From contig CBDEFM010000002.1 of assembly GCA_965237415.1 (NCBI GenBank), positions 3,040,001 through 3,104,000 of the forward strand: a stretch of DNA of 64,000 bases, written 5' to 3'. The notes beneath the pieces were generated by a model, which worked only from the letters and a program-made list of their open reading frames with translations, searched no databases and was not told the origin of the DNA. The position numbers were made by a program, and so were the translations under genes. This DNA is from Alphaproteobacteria bacterium. GTDB lineage: Bacteria > Pseudomonadota > Alphaproteobacteria > UBA828. Shown here in pieces: positions 38,618 through 48,050 of this stretch. Position 1 is the stretch's first letter. Each line of letters starts with the position of its first letter.

Positions 38618-39514
38618 TCATTGCTCCTCGAGTTCTTCGATCAGACGCGCCAGCGGCGCCGGCAGAGTGTGCACGTCCTCGGCGCGAAGTAGGGTCACGA
38701 AGTGCTCGTCGGACAGCAGCATCCGCAGGCCCTGGACGATGAGCTGGAGCCGGCCCTCGGTAACTTCCGCCCGCTTGATCGTCAGTCGCTGGCGTTCAGC
38801 TTGGCTCTTCAGCTGGCGGACCACTGAGGCGGAAGAGGTGTTTGTCCGTCCGCGATCGTCGTGAACCGTCTGACACGCCTTGCCATACCTCTGGCGCTGC
38901 TCGACCCGACGCCTTGCATCGATCAATTGTTTGCCGCTCAAGTCGTCATTCTCGTAAGCGTCGGCCAGAACCTGCTGGACATGCTCGTCATCCGCGGCCG
39001 CGATGGCCACGGCGACGCTGAGCGGCATCCTGCCGCTCTCGACTGCAACCAGCAGCCGCTCCTCCCCGGCTTCCAAAAGGCGTCGGATTCTTTGGGCATA
39101 GTTGCGGGAAAAGCCAATCTTCCGGCCGATCTGCGTATCCGTGTAGCCCCGTTCCTTGAGGGTGGCGATTTCACGAAGAAGCTCCATCGGTCGGTGCCGA
39201 CGGCGCGCGACATTCTCCACCAAACTCATGATCAGGCAGTCCTGCTCATCCACATCGACGACAATTGCCGGAATCGCCCTCTGCCCGAGCGCGATGAAGG
39301 CCTCGAGCCGACCCTGCCCGTAGACCAGATTGTATGCCGCCTCGCCGTCCGGGCCCTTGACGCGGCTCACCTTGATGGGCTGCTTGAGCCCCACCTTGGC
39401 AATACTGTCGACGATCTCGAGAAACTTCTTCTTGTCGCGCACGCGGGGATTGAGGACGGTGATCCGGACGACGGGGATCGTCTCGATTGTGAAGTCGTTC
39501 TCCGAGCCGGTCAT
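38618..39514 (-). CDS. ParB/RepB/Spo0J-family protein
   Basis: LNPRVR, SIAKVGLKQPI, LVYGQGRLEA, SLVENVARR, HTH region. Confidence 0.85.
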   Translation of the reverse strand: MTGSENDFTIETIPVVRITVLNPRVRDKKKFLEIVDSIAKVGLKQPIKVSRVKGPDGEAAYNLVYGQGRLEAFIALGQRAIPAIVVDVDEQDCLIMSLVENVARRRHRPMELLREIATLKERGYTDTQIGRKIGFSRNYAQRIRRLLEAGEERLLVAVESGRMPLSVAVAIAAADDEHVQQVLADAYENDDLSGKQLIDARRRVEQRQRYGKACQTVHDDRGRTNTSSASVVRQLKSQAERQRLTIKRAEVTEGRLQLIVQGLRMLLSDEHFVTLLRAEDVHTLPAPLARLIEELEEQ

Positions 39515-41091
39515 GCTGCGAGCTCCGAGATGCGGGCCCGCTCGGCCATGGCGAAGAAGAACTCCAGCGTCTCAAACCGGAAAGCGTCGAGCATCAAGTC
39601 ATTCTCGTCAGCGAGCCGGATGCGGTTCGTGCACAGCGCCGTGAGCGGCAGAAGGTAGTAGTCCAGCACCTGATCATTGGCATCGTCCATGCGAAGCGCG
39701 ACGGTGAGGTCGGGCGCGAGGCCAATGTCCAGCCGGATATTCCATCTTCGGAAGCCGACTCTCGTGTGCTGACAGCGGGCGATCACGATCGAAGCGGTGA
39801 ACTCCTCGTTCACGGTCAGAAGGTCGGTGGCCGGATCCCGGGAAACCGCGCCGCCGATGTCCTCGATCGCGGCGATCGCCTCGGCGACGACCTCGGCGTG
39901 CATCCGGCGGAGCGCCCGATTGATCTCTATGTAGCGATAGTCCCGGTCGGGCGTGAAGCCGACCAGCGAATAGGCGCGAACCAAACTGCCGAAGCGTGAG
40001 GAATAGGCGCCTCTCGACGGCATGTTCTCGGCTTCGTCGATGACGACGCCGGAGAGATAACCTTGGCGCTCTAAGAGCCGCTTGAGCCGGTCCAGCATCT
40101 CTTCGTCCGAGAACCGCCGGTTGCGTTCCCGGATCATGCCCTGGGCGGTGAAGAACAGCTGCTGGTCGACGATCTCCTCGAAGGCGCTGTCGGCCCGGAC
40201 CCACTCTTCGGACGGGTTGTTCACATGCCTTTCCTTCAGCTTGTAGGAGTGCCGGTTGTAAAGGTTGTTGCCAATGTATTTTTCGTTGGTCAGTACCTGA
40301 TGGACGGTGCCGCGGGTCCACGGGCGGTCGAGATCCGTCCTGGTGCCCCGCTCGTTCAGCAGCGCCGCGATCTCGCCCTCAAGACTGCCGCCGTCGACGA
40401 ACTGCCGGTACATCCAGCGGACGGTCTCGACTTCTTCTTCCGGTCCGGGAACCAGGATCACCCGGTCGGTCTGCAAGCTCTTGCGCTGGCCCCTGGAGAG
40501 AATGCCCTGGGGCTCGCGGCTTTGGTCGACGCGCATGCGACGCAGCCCGTACCCCGCCATGCCGCCCTGGCGGAAGCCGAGTTCGATGAGCCGACACTGG
40601 CCGGCGAACACCTTCTTCGATAGCTCGCGGCTGTACTCGGCCGCCATCAAGCGTTTGAAGCTCTTGACCATGTCGGACACGGGGCTGCCGTCGTTGACGA
40701 ACTGCTCCATGCAGTAATGGACCTCGACCTTGGCCCGCCTGCAGGCGAACTCGAGGGACGCGCCTTCGTCGTGATCTTGGAACCGGCCCCAGCGACTCAC
40801 GTCGTAAACCAGGATCGTATCGAAACCAGACTCCCTCACCTTCGCGTCGTTCAGCATGCGTTTCATGCCGGGGCGGTTCTCGAGCCGCAGGCCGCTCCTC
40901 GCTTCATCGGAATAGGTGGCCACGATCTTCTCCATGTCGTGCTCGGCCGCATAACGTTCGATGACCGCAATCTGGTTCTCGGTCGAATATTGCTGGTGTT
41001 CGGTCGACATCCGGAGGTAGGCGACAGCGCGCCGCCGCGGTTTCGCGCGTTCGGATTGGGAATCTCGTTTCGGGTTCGATCTATTGGTCAT
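39511..41091 (-). CDS. Large serine recombinase
   Basis: YLRMSTEHQQYS, DVSRWGRFQD, MAAEYSRELS, GYGLRR, LTNEKYIG; RBS GAGGA before ATG 41091 (alternative GTG 41280). Confidence 0.9.
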   Translation of the reverse strand: MTNRSNPKRDSQSERAKPRRRAVAYLRMSTEHQQYSTENQIAVIERYAAEHDMEKIVATYSDEARSGLRLENRPGMKRMLNDAKVRESGFDTILVYDVSRWGRFQDHDEGASLEFACRRAKVEVHYCMEQFVNDGSPVSDMVKSFKRLMAAEYSRELSKKVFAGQCRLIELGFRQGGMAGYGLRRMRVDQSREPQGILSRGQRKSLQTDRVILVPGPEEEVETVRWMYRQFVDGGSLEGEIAALLNERGTRTDLDRPWTRGTVHQVLTNEKYIGNNLYNRHSYKLKERHVNNPSEEWVRADSAFEEIVDQQLFFTAQGMIRERNRRFSDEEMLDRLKRLLERQGYLSGVVIDEAENMPSRGAYSSRFGSLVRAYSLVGFTPDRDYRYIEINRALRRMHAEVVAEAIAAIEDIGGAVSRDPATDLLTVNEEFTASIVIARCQHTRVGFRRWNIRLDIGLAPDLTVALRMDDANDQVLDYYLLPLTALCTNRIRLADENDLMLDAFRFETLEFFFAMAERARISELAA

Positions 41092-41284
41092 TGAGTCCTC
41101 ATCATGTGCGTGTGTCCGCCAGCTGCCCTGGCGGCAGTGAATCCCCGCGCCCGTGTCTTGTGATTGTCGGTGGCCGGAGGCGGGAAATGCTTGGTGTTGG
41201 GTCTGGAAGGTCTCGACGTGCCGGACGCGGGCGTGCCGGCTGTTCAACTGGCGGCCACGCCCGAGGGCTTGTGCGCTCACCTAA

Positions 41285-43354
41285 CCCAAGTTTAACATTC
41301 GGGAGGCAGAAGTTGGCGTATTTGGGCGCCGGGTATCCGCTAACGCGTTGATTTTGCTTGTTTTCGTGTTTCACGGGCGCGATGTAGTGACATAATATTC
41401 GAGTCAGGGGGTTATCAAAGGCCGGGCCCGCCGTTATCCTCCGCCCATGTTCATCCGGCACGCCAAGATACGCACAACCGAACGCGGCGACGTCTATTAC
41501 TCGTACCGCCTCGTGCGCAACGAGCGCAGCGGAGACAGGGTCCGCCAGCACACCCTGCTCAACCTCGGCAGCGACTTCCCGCTCGAGCGACGGCACTGGC
41601 CCGTGCTGTGCGCCCGGATCCAGCAGCTGCTCGAGCGCCAGGGCGAACTGGTGCCGCTGTCCTGTCCGCAAGAGGTGGAGCGGGATGCCCAGCGCATCGC
41701 CGCGCAACTCCTCAATCGCGCACCGCCCGCCGCAGTCGAGCGCCCCGACCTGCAGACGGTGGATGTGAGTTCCCTGGAGTTGATCCGCCCGCGCTCGGTC
41801 GGCGTCGAGAATGTCGGGCTGTGGGCCATGGAGCAGCTCGGCCTGGAGGCTCTGCTGGAGCGGCTCGGCTTCAACGGCACGCAACGCGCGCTGGCCATGG
41901 CCACCATCATCGCGCGCATGGCAGCACCGGGCTCGGAGCGCGCCAGCTGGCGCTGGCTGTGCGAGCGTTCGGCCCTCGGCGAGTTGCTGGGCGTGGACTT
42001 CGAGCGGATGAGTATGATGCGCCTCTACCGGGCCTCCGATGCCCTGCTGGCGCGGCGCGCGGCGATCGAGGCCCACCTGTTCGAGCAGGTGGCGGACCTG
42101 TTCGCCTTGCCCCAAACGGTCACGCTGTACGACCTGACCAACACCTTCTTCGAGGGTGAGGCGGCGGCCCAGCCCAAGGCCGAACGCGGCCACTCCAAGG
42201 AGAAGCGCAGCGATTGCCCGCTGCTCACCCTGGGCCTGGTGCTCGACGGCGCGGGCTTCGTGCGCCGGTCCGAAGTGTTCGCGGGCGCGGTCAACGAAGA
42301 CACGACCCTGGCGCCCATGCTCGACGCCTTGCATGCTCCGGCGGACGCTCTGGTGGTGATGGATGCGGGGGTCGCCACCGAGGCCAATGTCGTCTGGCTG
42401 CGCGAGAACGGCTACCGCTATCTGGTCGTCAGCCGGGAACGCGCGCGCCGCTTCGACCCGGACCTGGCGATTGCCCTCGAGACCCGGTCGCGCCAGACGG
42501 TCCATGTGCACAGGGTGGTCGAGGCGGACGGGGGAGAGGTGCGGCTCTACTGCTACTCCGAGGCGCGGGCGAAGACGGAACAGGGCATTGCCGCGCGCTT
42601 CGCCGCGCGCTTCGAGGGTGAGCTGCGCAAGCTCCACGACGGCCTCAAGCGCCCGCGCACCCGCAAGCGGCTCGACCATGTCTGGCAGCGGATCGGCCGG
42701 ATCAAGGAGAAGAGCCGCGGTGTCGGGGCGCACTACGTCATCGATGTCATCGCCGATGACAGCGGAAAGAAGGCCCGCGCCGTCACTTGGGAACGCCGCC
42801 CGCTCGCCGGCACCATGATCACCCATCCCGGCGTCTACTGCCTGCGCACCAACGTCGAGGACTGGGACGAGGAGACGTTGTGGCGCACTTATACTGCGCT
42901 CACAGATGTGGAGGCCGTGTTCCGCTCGCTCAAATCCGAACTCGGCCTGCGCCCCATCTTCCACCAGACCCAGAAGCGCTCCGACGGGCACCTGTTCATC
43001 ACCGTGATCGCCTACCAGCTGGTGCAGACCATCCGCCGGCGCCTCGGCGAGCAGGGGGAGCGCGCAAGCTGGGCCAGCCTGCGACGCATTCTCGAAGGCC
43101 AGCAGCGCGTCACGGCAACCTTCCGGCGCAAGGACGGCCGCACCCTTCATGTGCGCAAACCGACGCGCGCGGAGCTCCGACAACGGGCCATCTATCAGGC
43201 GCTCGGCGCAGACCCCGTTCCCGGAGGCATCAGGAAGATGATCGTCTGACCCCGAATCCGGCACAGGCAACCGAAATGTAGTGCCATACGCGGAATTCTT
43301 GCTCCCCAACGCATTGATAAACAACAGACTTCGAAACGGGTTGTTAAACTTGGG
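41285..43354 (+). mobile_element. Complete IS1634-family element
   Basis: 13-bp perfect IR CCCAAGTTTAACA; TSD CTAA at 41281-41284 and 43355-43358. Confidence 0.9.
41447..43249 (+). CDS. IS1634-family transposase
   Basis: RQHTLLNLG, YDLTNTFFEG, GHSKEKRSD, VMDAG, VEAVFRSLKSELGLRPIFH. Confidence 0.92.
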   Translation: MFIRHAKIRTTERGDVYYSYRLVRNERSGDRVRQHTLLNLGSDFPLERRHWPVLCARIQQLLERQGELVPLSCPQEVERDAQRIAAQLLNRAPPAAVERPDLQTVDVSSLELIRPRSVGVENVGLWAMEQLGLEALLERLGFNGTQRALAMATIIARMAAPGSERASWRWLCERSALGELLGVDFERMSMMRLYRASDALLARRAAIEAHLFEQVADLFALPQTVTLYDLTNTFFEGEAAAQPKAERGHSKEKRSDCPLLTLGLVLDGAGFVRRSEVFAGAVNEDTTLAPMLDALHAPADALVVMDAGVATEANVVWLRENGYRYLVVSRERARRFDPDLAIALETRSRQTVHVHRVVEADGGEVRLYCYSEARAKTEQGIAARFAARFEGELRKLHDGLKRPRTRKRLDHVWQRIGRIKEKSRGVGAHYVIDVIADDSGKKARAVTWERRPLAGTMITHPGVYCLRTNVEDWDEETLWRTYTALTDVEAVFRSLKSELGLRPIFHQTQKRSDGHLFITVIAYQLVQTIRRRLGEQGERASWASLRRILEGQQRVTATFRRKDGRTLHVRKPTRAELRQRAIYQALGADPVPGGIRKMIV

Positions 43355-43965
43355 CTAAGCGCGGCTCGCTTCTGGACTGACAAGGGCGCATCGCTCCGCG
43401 CACCGGTCTCTTCCGCGGGACCGGCGGAAACGCTCCCATCCGAGCGGGCGGCAATTCTTCTTGCCGCAGCACCGGCACCCGGGCGCTTGCGACAGGACAA
43501 CTCGCGTTCGCATTCGTGGGCCATGGCGCGTTTCAAACTCTTGACGATGCTCGAAAAAGGGCTCTCGGCATCGGCGCAACGGTCGGCACAATAGAGTATC
43601 TCGATGTCGGCGTTCCTGCGGCCGAACTCGTCGGTGACGATCCAGTGAGCGTCGAGGAAGCGGCCCCAGCGGGTGGAGTCGAGGACCAGGACGGCGTCGA
43701 AATCGGCGGCGCCGTTTTCGACATCCCGGAACATCTGCTGCAGCCCGGGCCGGTCGTCGATGCGTAAACCGCTCCTACCCTCATCGCGATAGATGCGTAC
43801 GACTTGCATGCCGTGCTTGTCGGAGTAACTGCCGATGGCATCGATCTGGTTCTGGATTGACTCTTCGTTCGGTGTTGTCGCGGAGCGGACATAACCAACG
43901 ACGCGCCGCTTTGGGGGTGGCTGCCCCGGTTGCGCAACGTCGTTTGAGTTCGAACGGTCGGTCAC
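43355..43965 (-). CDS. Stand-alone resolvase-domain protein with altered catalytic motif; last codon hit by IS1634
   Basis: GYVRSAT, DEGRSGL, RPGLQQM, DSTRWGRF, KSLKRAMA; the current frame reads through into the IS to 43195. Confidence 0.7.
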
Positions 43966-44036
43966 TTTCTTCTCTCCCTCTGCATTTGCCCGGAAACGGC
44001 CGCGCCGATGCGTCGCCGGCCCCAGGAACCGGGTCG

Positions 44037-44600
44037 CTAAGCGCCGGGCGGCGGCGGGTCAGGCCCCATCTCGTGTTCGAAGGCGCGATTGGGCCCCGCG
44101 GCGTCGATGCCGTGGGGGCGAAACCCCGGCGGCGTGGGCAGCACATGCAGTTGTGGCGCGACCGGGCCGCGCAGCTCCATCAGCGCGGGGTCGGTTTCGA
44201 GATGTGCGCGCATGGCGCCCATTCCGGCAGCACCGGGCCCGAGCAGTTCGGGCATCTTGCCTGCGACCACGTCCAGGACATGATGGATAAGGCGCACCCG
44301 GCGCCGGATCCAGCGCATGGCGCCGGGCAAGTGGACAGCGTCGCGGCGCAGCTCGTTCGCCGCCGCCTCCAGACTTGAGGCGCTCTCGGCATGGACCACC
44401 ACCGCTTCGAGCGCTTCGAACGTGCCCGGCAGCCGTGCGGCCAGACAATCGGGCAGCAGGCTGAAGGTGGTCCGACTCTGTGGGCAGTACCAGCGAGCGA
44501 CCCGTACCCCGCGCGGCGTCTTGCGTATGTAGGTGCCGTGCCGCGCCGAACCGTGGTGACGATGGGCGCGGACAGGATTCTGGTGGGAGGCCAAGCGTGG
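44037..44600 (-). pseudogene. Fragment of an IS-associated hypothetical protein
   Basis: HGTYIRKTP.G..VARWYC....TFSLLPDCLAARLPG; fused in frame to the IstA remnant. Confidence 0.5.
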
Positions 44601-45334
44601 ATCCTTGGGTAGTTCAACGGGGATGGGCGGGGGTTGCTCTCGCTGTTCGCGGCGCCGTGTCAGGCTCAGGCGCACGGCGTTCGGATGGGGGACACCCCGC
44701 TCCAGGGCCTCGTCGATGGCCACCTCGAGCTCGGCGGCGCCGTAGTCGTCGAGCAGACGCAGGAGGGCGGCGACGATGGCGCCGAGATTGCTGCCGCGCG
44801 TGGCCGCGTCGGCGAGCAGGCGCTCGCTGTTGGGTGCAGCCCCGAACAGCCGATCCTGGCCGCGCAGGCGACGGGCATGGCGTTTTCGCTTGGTCAGGTC
44901 AGCGATGTGATCAGGGATTTCGATGCGGGCCACCTTGTCGAAGCTGCGCGGGTGCGAGGCGATCACCTCGGCGCCGTCGAGGATGCGCACCTCTTCCAGC
45001 GTTGCGGCCACGACGAGGGTGCGGCTCACATGGGTGTGAGGCACGCTGTAATCGTTGAGATCGAAGCGGGCATAGCCGCGTTCACGCACCATCTCGTAGA
45101 GCCGGCTGGCGGGCAGCTTCGGCCAGACTGCCAACGTCTGGCGGATGAAGGGCAGAAAGGGATCGAGCTTCGAGCGTCTGCGCCGCCGGTATGCAGAGGC
45201 ACCCCGTCATCCGTGAGCACGCGGTCGACGGTGGTGTACTGGACGCTGAAATGGCGTGCGATCATGCCGATCATCCACTTCTCGGCGTGATACAGGCGCA
45301 GGATCTCGGCGCGCGTCTCCTTGTAGATGGTCAT
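44601..45334 (-). pseudogene. istA: IS21 IstA, frameshifted and internally deleted
   Basis: AEILRLYHAEKW HTH and SKLDPFLPFI...RLYEMVRERGY joined directly to RFDLNDYSVP; catalytic core absent. Confidence 0.75.
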
Positions 45335-45335
45335 C

Positions 45336-45782
45336 TCAGCCTCTTCGTGCCGGGTGCCGGACCGGGCGCAGACCCGGATAGACGGCCTGCGCGCAGAACC
45401 GGCCGCAGCTATGGCACCGGAAGACCCTGGCAGGCCGCTCAGACCCAAAGGGTTTCGTTCCACGCTGCACTGTCTGCGTCTCTGACACATCAGGACGAAG
45501 CCGCCCGCGGGTCAAAGGGTGATGCGTCACTTTCTGCCCGCCGCCCTGTTTCTCCGGCGGTCGGCAGAGACGACGTTCGCGATAGCGTCGCTGCCGCTGC
45601 GCGTGCTTGTGACGGCCTCGGCGACTGTTCTGGTAACGCCGCCCGGCTCCACGCTGCGACTGCCTGCGCGCCTTCTCGCCGCAGCACCGCGAGCAGTAGA
45701 TGTTGCCGTGATCGCAGCGACGGCAGAGAACGACTTGCAGTTGGCAGAGGGCGCAGTGGAAGGGGCGGGCGGTGTTCTTCAT
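45336..45782 (-). CDS. Cys-rich basic protein upstream of istA (putative Zn-binding)
   Basis: CALC....LCRRCDHGNIYCSRCC followed by an Arg-rich helix. Confidence 0.6.
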   Translation of the reverse strand: MKNTARPFHCALCQLQVVLCRRCDHGNIYCSRCCGEKARRQSQRGAGRRYQNSRRGRHKHAQRQRRYRERRLCRPPEKQGGGQKVTHHPLTRGRLRPDVSETQTVQRGTKPFGSERPARVFRCHSCGRFCAQAVYPGLRPVRHPARRG

Positions 45783-45944
45783 CGCAGCTACCGATGAGAA
45801 CGGGATGGACCCACGCCCAAACCCGCAGAATACTGCGCATGCGGGCCGCGATGCGGTCTCCGCAGAGCATCGCTCGTGGAGGTACGGCGCCGGTTGTTGC
45901 GGTCCACGCAAACGGGACCGGCGCCGCATCGTTCTCAGCGGCTG

Positions 45945-46145
45945 GAGTGTATCCGAATCAGGGTGCGAGGCAGGTCATTGTGGTGTGCCAGACCGTGGAG
46001 CGTCTCTCCGGCGAGATAATCCTGAACGACTTGGCCCTTGAGCTAGAGACTGTAGGTGCGGTATCGGACCATGCTCACGTCCGAAACCCGCCATTGCCTA
46101 TTAATCCTGCCACCCTGATCTATCTGCTTCTAGGGGCGCAGTCCA
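45945..46145 (-). pseudogene. IS3-family left-end relic with OrfA containing an in-frame stop
   Basis: ATG 46072: MVRYRTYSL*LKGQVVQDYLAGETLHGLA; terminal TGGACTGCGCCCC at 46145. Confidence 0.65.
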
Positions 46146-46420
46146 AAGCTCCCAGACGCGTGATGTACTGCCACATGGTCGTCGGCGAGTACCGTTGTGG
46201 CTGCGCGCTCTCCACGTGCAAAGACTTGGTGGGGATGTTCGGTGGGTGCTGCGCCAAGCAGTAGGGGTGGCCATGAGTTACTCCAATTTATCCCTGGAAG
46301 ATGTTAGGGGAGGGAGAGAGTGGCCGTCAACCGGACGCCGGCGTTGGTGATGGCCGACGTCCCGCGTTACGAGGGTTAATTTCGGGAGTAAGCCCCGTAG
46401 GCATTGTTGATATTGCTGCA

Positions 46421-46837
46421 TCAGGGCTCACACAAAATCTCCAGGGCCCTGCGAGCTGTCACGATAGGGATACTGTCAATTTCCTGGAGTGCAAGCATGT
46501 CCTTCTTGTCACCAGAAATGATCAAGTCGACACCTCCAGCAATCGCCGCAGCCAAGATCTGATTGTCCGAGGGGTCAGGGGACAAAGCTACGCTCGGTAG
46601 CTCGTCAAGGATGGCAGCGCGGGTGCCGATGTTCTCGACTATGGCCGTCGCCTCATCAGCATCGAGGAATTTTCGGAGACGCTGGCGGGCGAGTACATCG
46701 GCCAATTCGCAAACTTGCGCGATAGATGTCACAAGCTCGATCTCGCCGCGCAGCCATGCCTGATACAACCTGTCCGGTGGGGTACCCTTAGTGATGAGGG
46801 CGCTGATCAAGATGTTGGTATCAAGAACGACCTTCAC
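46421..46837 (-). CDS. PIN-domain toxin of a type II toxin-antitoxin system
   Basis: MKVVLDTNILISAL, DPSDNQIL, IISGDKKDML. Confidence 0.88.
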   Translation of the reverse strand: MKVVLDTNILISALITKGTPPDRLYQAWLRGEIELVTSIAQVCELADVLARQRLRKFLDADEATAIVENIGTRAAILDELPSVALSPDPSDNQILAAAIAGGVDLIISGDKKDMLALQEIDSIPIVTARRALEILCEP

Positions 46838-47057
46838 GCGCCGCGATTACCTCCTCGTCGATCAGGTCGAGAATCTTCCGTTGGTCATATCCAGCGTTGC
46901 GTTCCTTGACCTGGCTGACGGTGAGATCCAAGACACGCCGGCGTACAGCTTCATCGACGAACCGGGACAGGTCGCCCTTCTTGCCGCCGTTGCGGGCAAG
47001 AAACGTGCGAACCGCTCGGTTCGTCTCTTCTGAGATGGAGAGGTTCCATCGGGTCAT
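46821..47057 (-). CDS. Ribbon-helix-helix antitoxin
   Basis: MTRWNLSISEETNRAVRTFLA..GGKKGDLSRFVDEAV; overlaps the toxin start. Confidence 0.8.
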   Translation of the reverse strand: MTRWNLSISEETNRAVRTFLARNGGKKGDLSRFVDEAVRRRVLDLTVSQVKERNAGYDQRKILDLIDEEVIAAREGRS

Positions 47058-47159
47058 TGCCCCTGCTCCGCATATAAGCGCATAAACACGTATGCGCCCA
47101 CTCTATCCCTTTGGCGACCCTGTTGTCAATTCCTTGAGGATGTAGGTCGGGCGATATCT

Positions 47160-47230
47160 TTGCCCTGCTTACGGGCATGTGGTGGTGGACGAATGCCACC
47201 ATGTGCCAGCGGTCTCGTTAGAGCGGGTTC
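47160..47230 (+). pseudogene. Tiny SF2 helicase fragment
   Basis: YGHVVVDECHHVPAVSLERV (motif II region only). Confidence 0.5.
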
Positions 47231-47276
47231 ATGTCGGCCCATGTCTACGACTTCTTTTCCTCTGCACCGAGGTGCG

Positions 47277-47558
47277 TCAGGTGACGTCGGCGCGCTGCGC
47301 GTTCCAGCCGGGGTCGATGCCGAGGCCCGGCGTGCGCCCGATGGCGGCCGCCTCCCTCGCGGTCGGCGCGCCGGAGATGCGTTGCTGGATGTCGGGGCGC
47401 GCTCCGAATTTGGCCGCCTGATACAAGTGTTCGGAGGTGGGCAGCATCCACGGACCTGCCGCGATCGGAACGGCCAAGGGCTGGAAGTTGCTGAACGCGC
47501 CCCACGCCGCCCGTGAGAGCTTGAATGGACAGGCCTGGTCTCTCGCGTAGATGCGCAT
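47277..47558 (-). pseudogene. NADAR (YbiA-like) family protein, C-terminally truncated
   Basis: WGAFSNF, PTSEHLYQAAKF, PTAREAA, GWN..R. Confidence 0.7.
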
Positions 47559-48050
47559 TGGTTTTTCCATGGTGGATGGTTTGCAAGCCGGTGGCACTTG
47601 CTCCCGCGCCCCGGGGCCTCGACCTTCACGGGCCGACGCTGCCTCTTGCTGACAAGGTTGCTCGCAACCGGCGCAGCGGGGCGAGGCGACTCAATGCGGT
47701 AATGGTCCGGGACCAGCCCGGAAATGGCGGGCTATGCTTGCGGGTGCGAAGCTGCGAGCGCGTGGAGGGCGGCGGAAACGCGGGCGCGCGGCGCTGGGAG
47801 TCCAGTCAGCAGCGCGTGTCTGCTCGCCGAACAAACTCGACGGGTCGTGGACGGCGCCCCCGCAATAACGTGCCGACCGAGGCTGAAGCGCTGGTGTCGC
47901 GTCGATGGTCGGTCCCGGCGGGTCGAGATCGTCGGCCGCGTGATCTTCGCGCCCCGGCATTGGGAAGCGTCCGAACGGGGCAAGGCACCCTTCGCCCCCG
48001 CGGCGATGGCAAGGCGTGGGAAAGCGCCCCGGATCGTGCGTGTGATGCTT

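Noticed and set aside
41102-43324. 740-aa minus-strand ORF
   Set aside because: Antisense to the IS1634 transposase
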